DNA from: Erysipelothrix sp.
GTDB taxonomy: Bacteria > Bacillota_I > Bacilli_A > Erysipelotrichales > Erysipelotrichaceae
Direction: 5' to 3'
NCBI GenBank assembly: GCA_036516515.1
Contig: DATBUC010000105.1
Location: 1-55,903, forward strand
DNA length: 55,903 nt
Part shown: positions 55,614 through 55,903 of the stretch, piece by piece
How positions within the stretch are numbered: position 1 is the stretch's first letter
Layout of the letters: every line of letters starts with the position of its first letter
Made by a program: the position numbers and the translations under genes
Notes under the pieces: generated by a model
Databases searched by the model: none
The model's input: only the letters and a program-made list of their open reading frames with translations
Told to the model about the DNA's origin: nothing

Positions 55614-55903
55614 ATGAGATATTTAAAAGATCCTAACGAACCAATTAAATCGATTGAAAAGATTAGAGTCAGTGTCAGAGCAATATTATTGAATGATAAA
55701 GCGGAATTAGGCTACTTATACTATAAAGGTCAAGACCTTTTTGGCATACGTAATCATTTTGAGTCAGTGGGTGGTGGCATAAATCCTGAAGAATCATTGA
55801 TTGATGCCTTGAAACGGGAAGTCAAAGAGGAAACTGGTTTTACCATCCAAGACATCGATTACTTAGATAGTATTATTGATGAATATGGTAAGCTTAATCA
55901 AGT
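55614..55903 (+). CDS. NUDIX hydrolase (3' truncated by window)
   Basis: MRYLKDP...GGGINPEESLIDALKREVKEETG Nudix box; not in ORF track; start uncertain. Confidence 0.85.
   Translation, partial: MRYLKDPNEPIKSIEKIRVSVRAILLNDKAELGYLYYKGQDLFGIRNHFESVGGGINPEESLIDALKREVKEETGFTIQDIDYLDSIIDEYGKLNQ

Overview
A low-GC (roughly 35-37% by eye) core-genome segment of a Firmicute, most consistent with an Erysipelothrix/Erysipelotrichaceae-type organism (inferred from gene order and sequence style). It is almost entirely + strand housekeeping genes, in this order: sufB end, tyrS, rpsD/ezrA/iscS/thiI/ffh/rplS, lepB-rbgA-rnhB-dprA-topA-trmFO-xerC, yceD-rpmF, murB, a truncated dcw cluster (mraZ to murD), comN-secDF-like-recJ-apt-relA, hisS-aspS, infC-rpmI-rplT, metK, murC and ccpA. 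I found no mobile element, CRISPR array, rRNA or tRNA. Cis-regulatory RNAs are a T-box (Asp), a P4-less SAM-I riboswitch, and S4, L19 and L20 leaders. The most interesting items are: (1) a HEPN-like (R-X4-H) domain fused to a CBS pair after rpmF; (2) an unannotated ~135-nt C-rich-loop sRNA candidate between xerC and yceD; (3) an orphan, apparently degenerate CitX-CitG fusion leading the tyrS operon behind a WalR/PhoP-type direct repeat; (4) a degenerate SecDF; (5) a motor-less SftA N-terminal remnant; (6) a zinc-free short L32 behind a palindromic operator; (7) an unlisted 46-aa membrane protein and two leaderless-mRNA candidates. All family assignments come from recognising motifs by eye; no searches were run.
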